In this document: positions 24,347-25,574 of the stretch, in pieces
How the letters are laid out: each line of letters begins with the position of its first letter
Numbering within the stretch: position 1 is the first letter of the stretch
Virus record (IMG/VR): IMGVR_UViG_3300024279_000013
Coordinates: 1 to 25,574 of that record
Strand: one strand, 5' to 3'
DNA: 25,574 nucleotides
Source of the DNA: a virus
Lineage: Duplodnaviria; Caudoviricetes
Notes under the pieces: generated by a model
Told to the model about the DNA's origin: nothing
The model's input: only the letters and a program-made list of their open reading frames with translations
Databases searched by the model: none
Made by a program: the position numbers and the translations under genes

Positions 24347-24772
24347 TCAGTTTGCCCACACAAAATTGTGATCATGGTCCCTGTAATGCTTTCCAGTTGC
24401 ATCAACACGAACATCAATCTCATCTCCCATTGTGTATTGTCCATAAGGATAAAGACGGGGCTGATGAAGGGCAAATTGCTGTTTCCATATTGTGTGTGGA
24501 GCAACAGAATAAACAAATTCTCCCTGATCGCAGACTGGCGGATCACCCTGCGTACAATGCCTGTAAACAATACTTATGGACTGTGCATTATCGCTGATAT
24601 TATTTGCCTCAACCCAATAATCCCCAGTTGTTGTGATTACATGATCGCGTTCTCCAGTGGTGGGATATGATTTTGCCAGGACATGTACATCAACAGGATA
24701 ACTTCCACAAGGTTCAGAAAGTGCAGAAAGTGGTACAAATGCAACAAGTGATGCAACAATTAATCTTTTCAT
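24347..24772 (-). CDS. Secreted protein with signal peptide
   Basis: MKRLIVASLVAFVPLSALS signal peptide; beta-rich mature part; AAGGA RBS. Confidence 0.65.
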   Translation of the reverse strand: MKRLIVASLVAFVPLSALSEPCGSYPVDVHVLAKSYPTTGERDHVITTTGDYWVEANNISDNAQSISIVYRHCTQGDPPVCDQGEFVYSVAPHTIWKQQFALHQPRLYPYGQYTMGDEIDVRVDATGKHYRDHDHNFVWAN

Positions 24773-24822
24773 GATTCATTCCTTTATTTGAGAGCGAATC
24801 ATATTTGTGTGTATTATGCGTG

Positions 24823-25128
24823 TCAATGATTTTTATCACGAAAATAGGCTGCAAGAATCAGGGTTGCCAATGGCGGAAAACTTACAGTAATGATATCAAG
24901 AAGCTTTGCACCTTCCACTGGGCGCAACAGATAGGCAATTACGGTGAAAATATAAAGCAATGAAAGACCAAAAAGGATTTGTTTTGCAGCATGGAACTTT
25001 TCACGCTCTGAAATCTTTCCTATTGTGCCAGGGAATTCAAGGGTATTCGGATTTACCAGTGGTTTATTGTCAAGCCCCTCAAGAATGCTTTGTCCCATTT
25101 CCAGCTTGGCAACTGATTTTTGTTTCAT
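24823..25128 (-). CDS. Two-TM membrane protein
   Basis: Hydrophobic ILFGLSLLYIFTVIAYLL and IITVSFPPLATLILAAYF; start uncertain. Confidence 0.6.
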   Translation of the reverse strand: MKQKSVAKLEMGQSILEGLDNKPLVNPNTLEFPGTIGKISEREKFHAAKQILFGLSLLYIFTVIAYLLRPVEGAKLLDIITVSFPPLATLILAAYFRDKNH

Positions 25129-25309
25129 GGGTTCCCTTCCTTGCGATCAATTCCCATTCGCCATTGCTACTGTCAATTGATGCCGCAATCCCTATCAGCT
25201 TTAGCCCCAATCCGAATATGTCAGCCTCTGATTTTAAATTGTAGTAGTTCATTAAATCCTGTACGGTCTTGTTTGCCTCATTATCTATATTAAGCGTTAT
25301 TTCTGGCAT
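25079..25309 (-). CDS. RHH-like DNA-binding protein
   Basis: ITLNID beta strand followed by helices ...KSEADIFGLGLKL. Confidence 0.5.
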   Translation of the reverse strand: MPEITLNIDNEANKTVQDLMNYYNLKSEADIFGLGLKLIGIAASIDSSNGEWELIARKGTHETKISCQAGNGTKHS

Positions 25310-25389
25310 ATGAAACCTTTATTAACATTTTCTTAACAGGCGCAATCATGATGATGTGAGGATGATCAGTCACAACTGCGCCTTTTCGC

Positions 25390-25574
25390 CTAGTAGGAAT
25401 GATGTTTTTTGGCTTTCTTGTGATGTTCTTTTTTGGGATGATGCTCTTTCTTGTGATGCTCTTTTTTCATGGCATGATGATGGGCTTTTTCAAGTGCGTG
25501 CATCGCCTTTTCATGATGGTGTGCCATTTTCTCAAGATGATGATGTACTTTTGCATGATGTGGTGAATGATGCT
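25390..25574 (-). CDS. His/Lys-rich protein (5' end outside window)
   Basis: Manual translation ...HHSPHHAKVHHHLEKMAHHHEKAMHALEKAHHHAMKKEHHKKEHHPKKEHHKKAKKHHSY, stop at 25390. Confidence 0.65.
   Translation of the reverse strand, partial: HHSPHHAKVHHHLEKMAHHHEKAMHALEKAHHHAMKKEHHKKEHHPKKEHHKKAKKHHSY

Overview
The window is a slice of a tailed dsDNA phage or prophage with P22-like (podoviral) morphogenesis genes. On the minus strand these run small terminase, large terminase, portal, a cluster of small basic and collagen/fibre-like genes, scaffold, coat, a gp4-like adaptor, a free-standing endonuclease VII-type homing nuclease and a gp10-like gene that runs off the left edge. A replication module (initiator with internal 21-bp iterons, P-like loader, VRR-NUC nuclease) diverges from an early plus-strand operon (ribbon-helix-helix regulator, Bet recombinase, DnaB N-terminal-only protein, small ORFs). 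No integrase or CI repressor is visible. The standout is a plus-strand cassette at 6220-7801 inserted against the late operon. It holds a small HTH gene and a solo Cas7/RAMP-like gene (6889-7434), flanked by 12 non-coding units of 45-65 nt. Each unit is a strict 5-nt-periodic run of NG(Y)-NN pentamers, usually ending in CAAGGA, and a terminator closes the cassette. This looks like a minimal non-CRISPR RNA-guided system with a discontinuous guide code, resembling what I recall as VIPR-type systems but with TGT-rich rather than GGY pentamers. Other notable items are a tRNA-like, kissing-loop ncRNA candidate between terL and portal, an antisense counter-transcript candidate over the rep leader, and a zinc-finger minigene inserted with duplication of the terS/terL junction. 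All family assignments come from motif recognition by eye, not from database searches.
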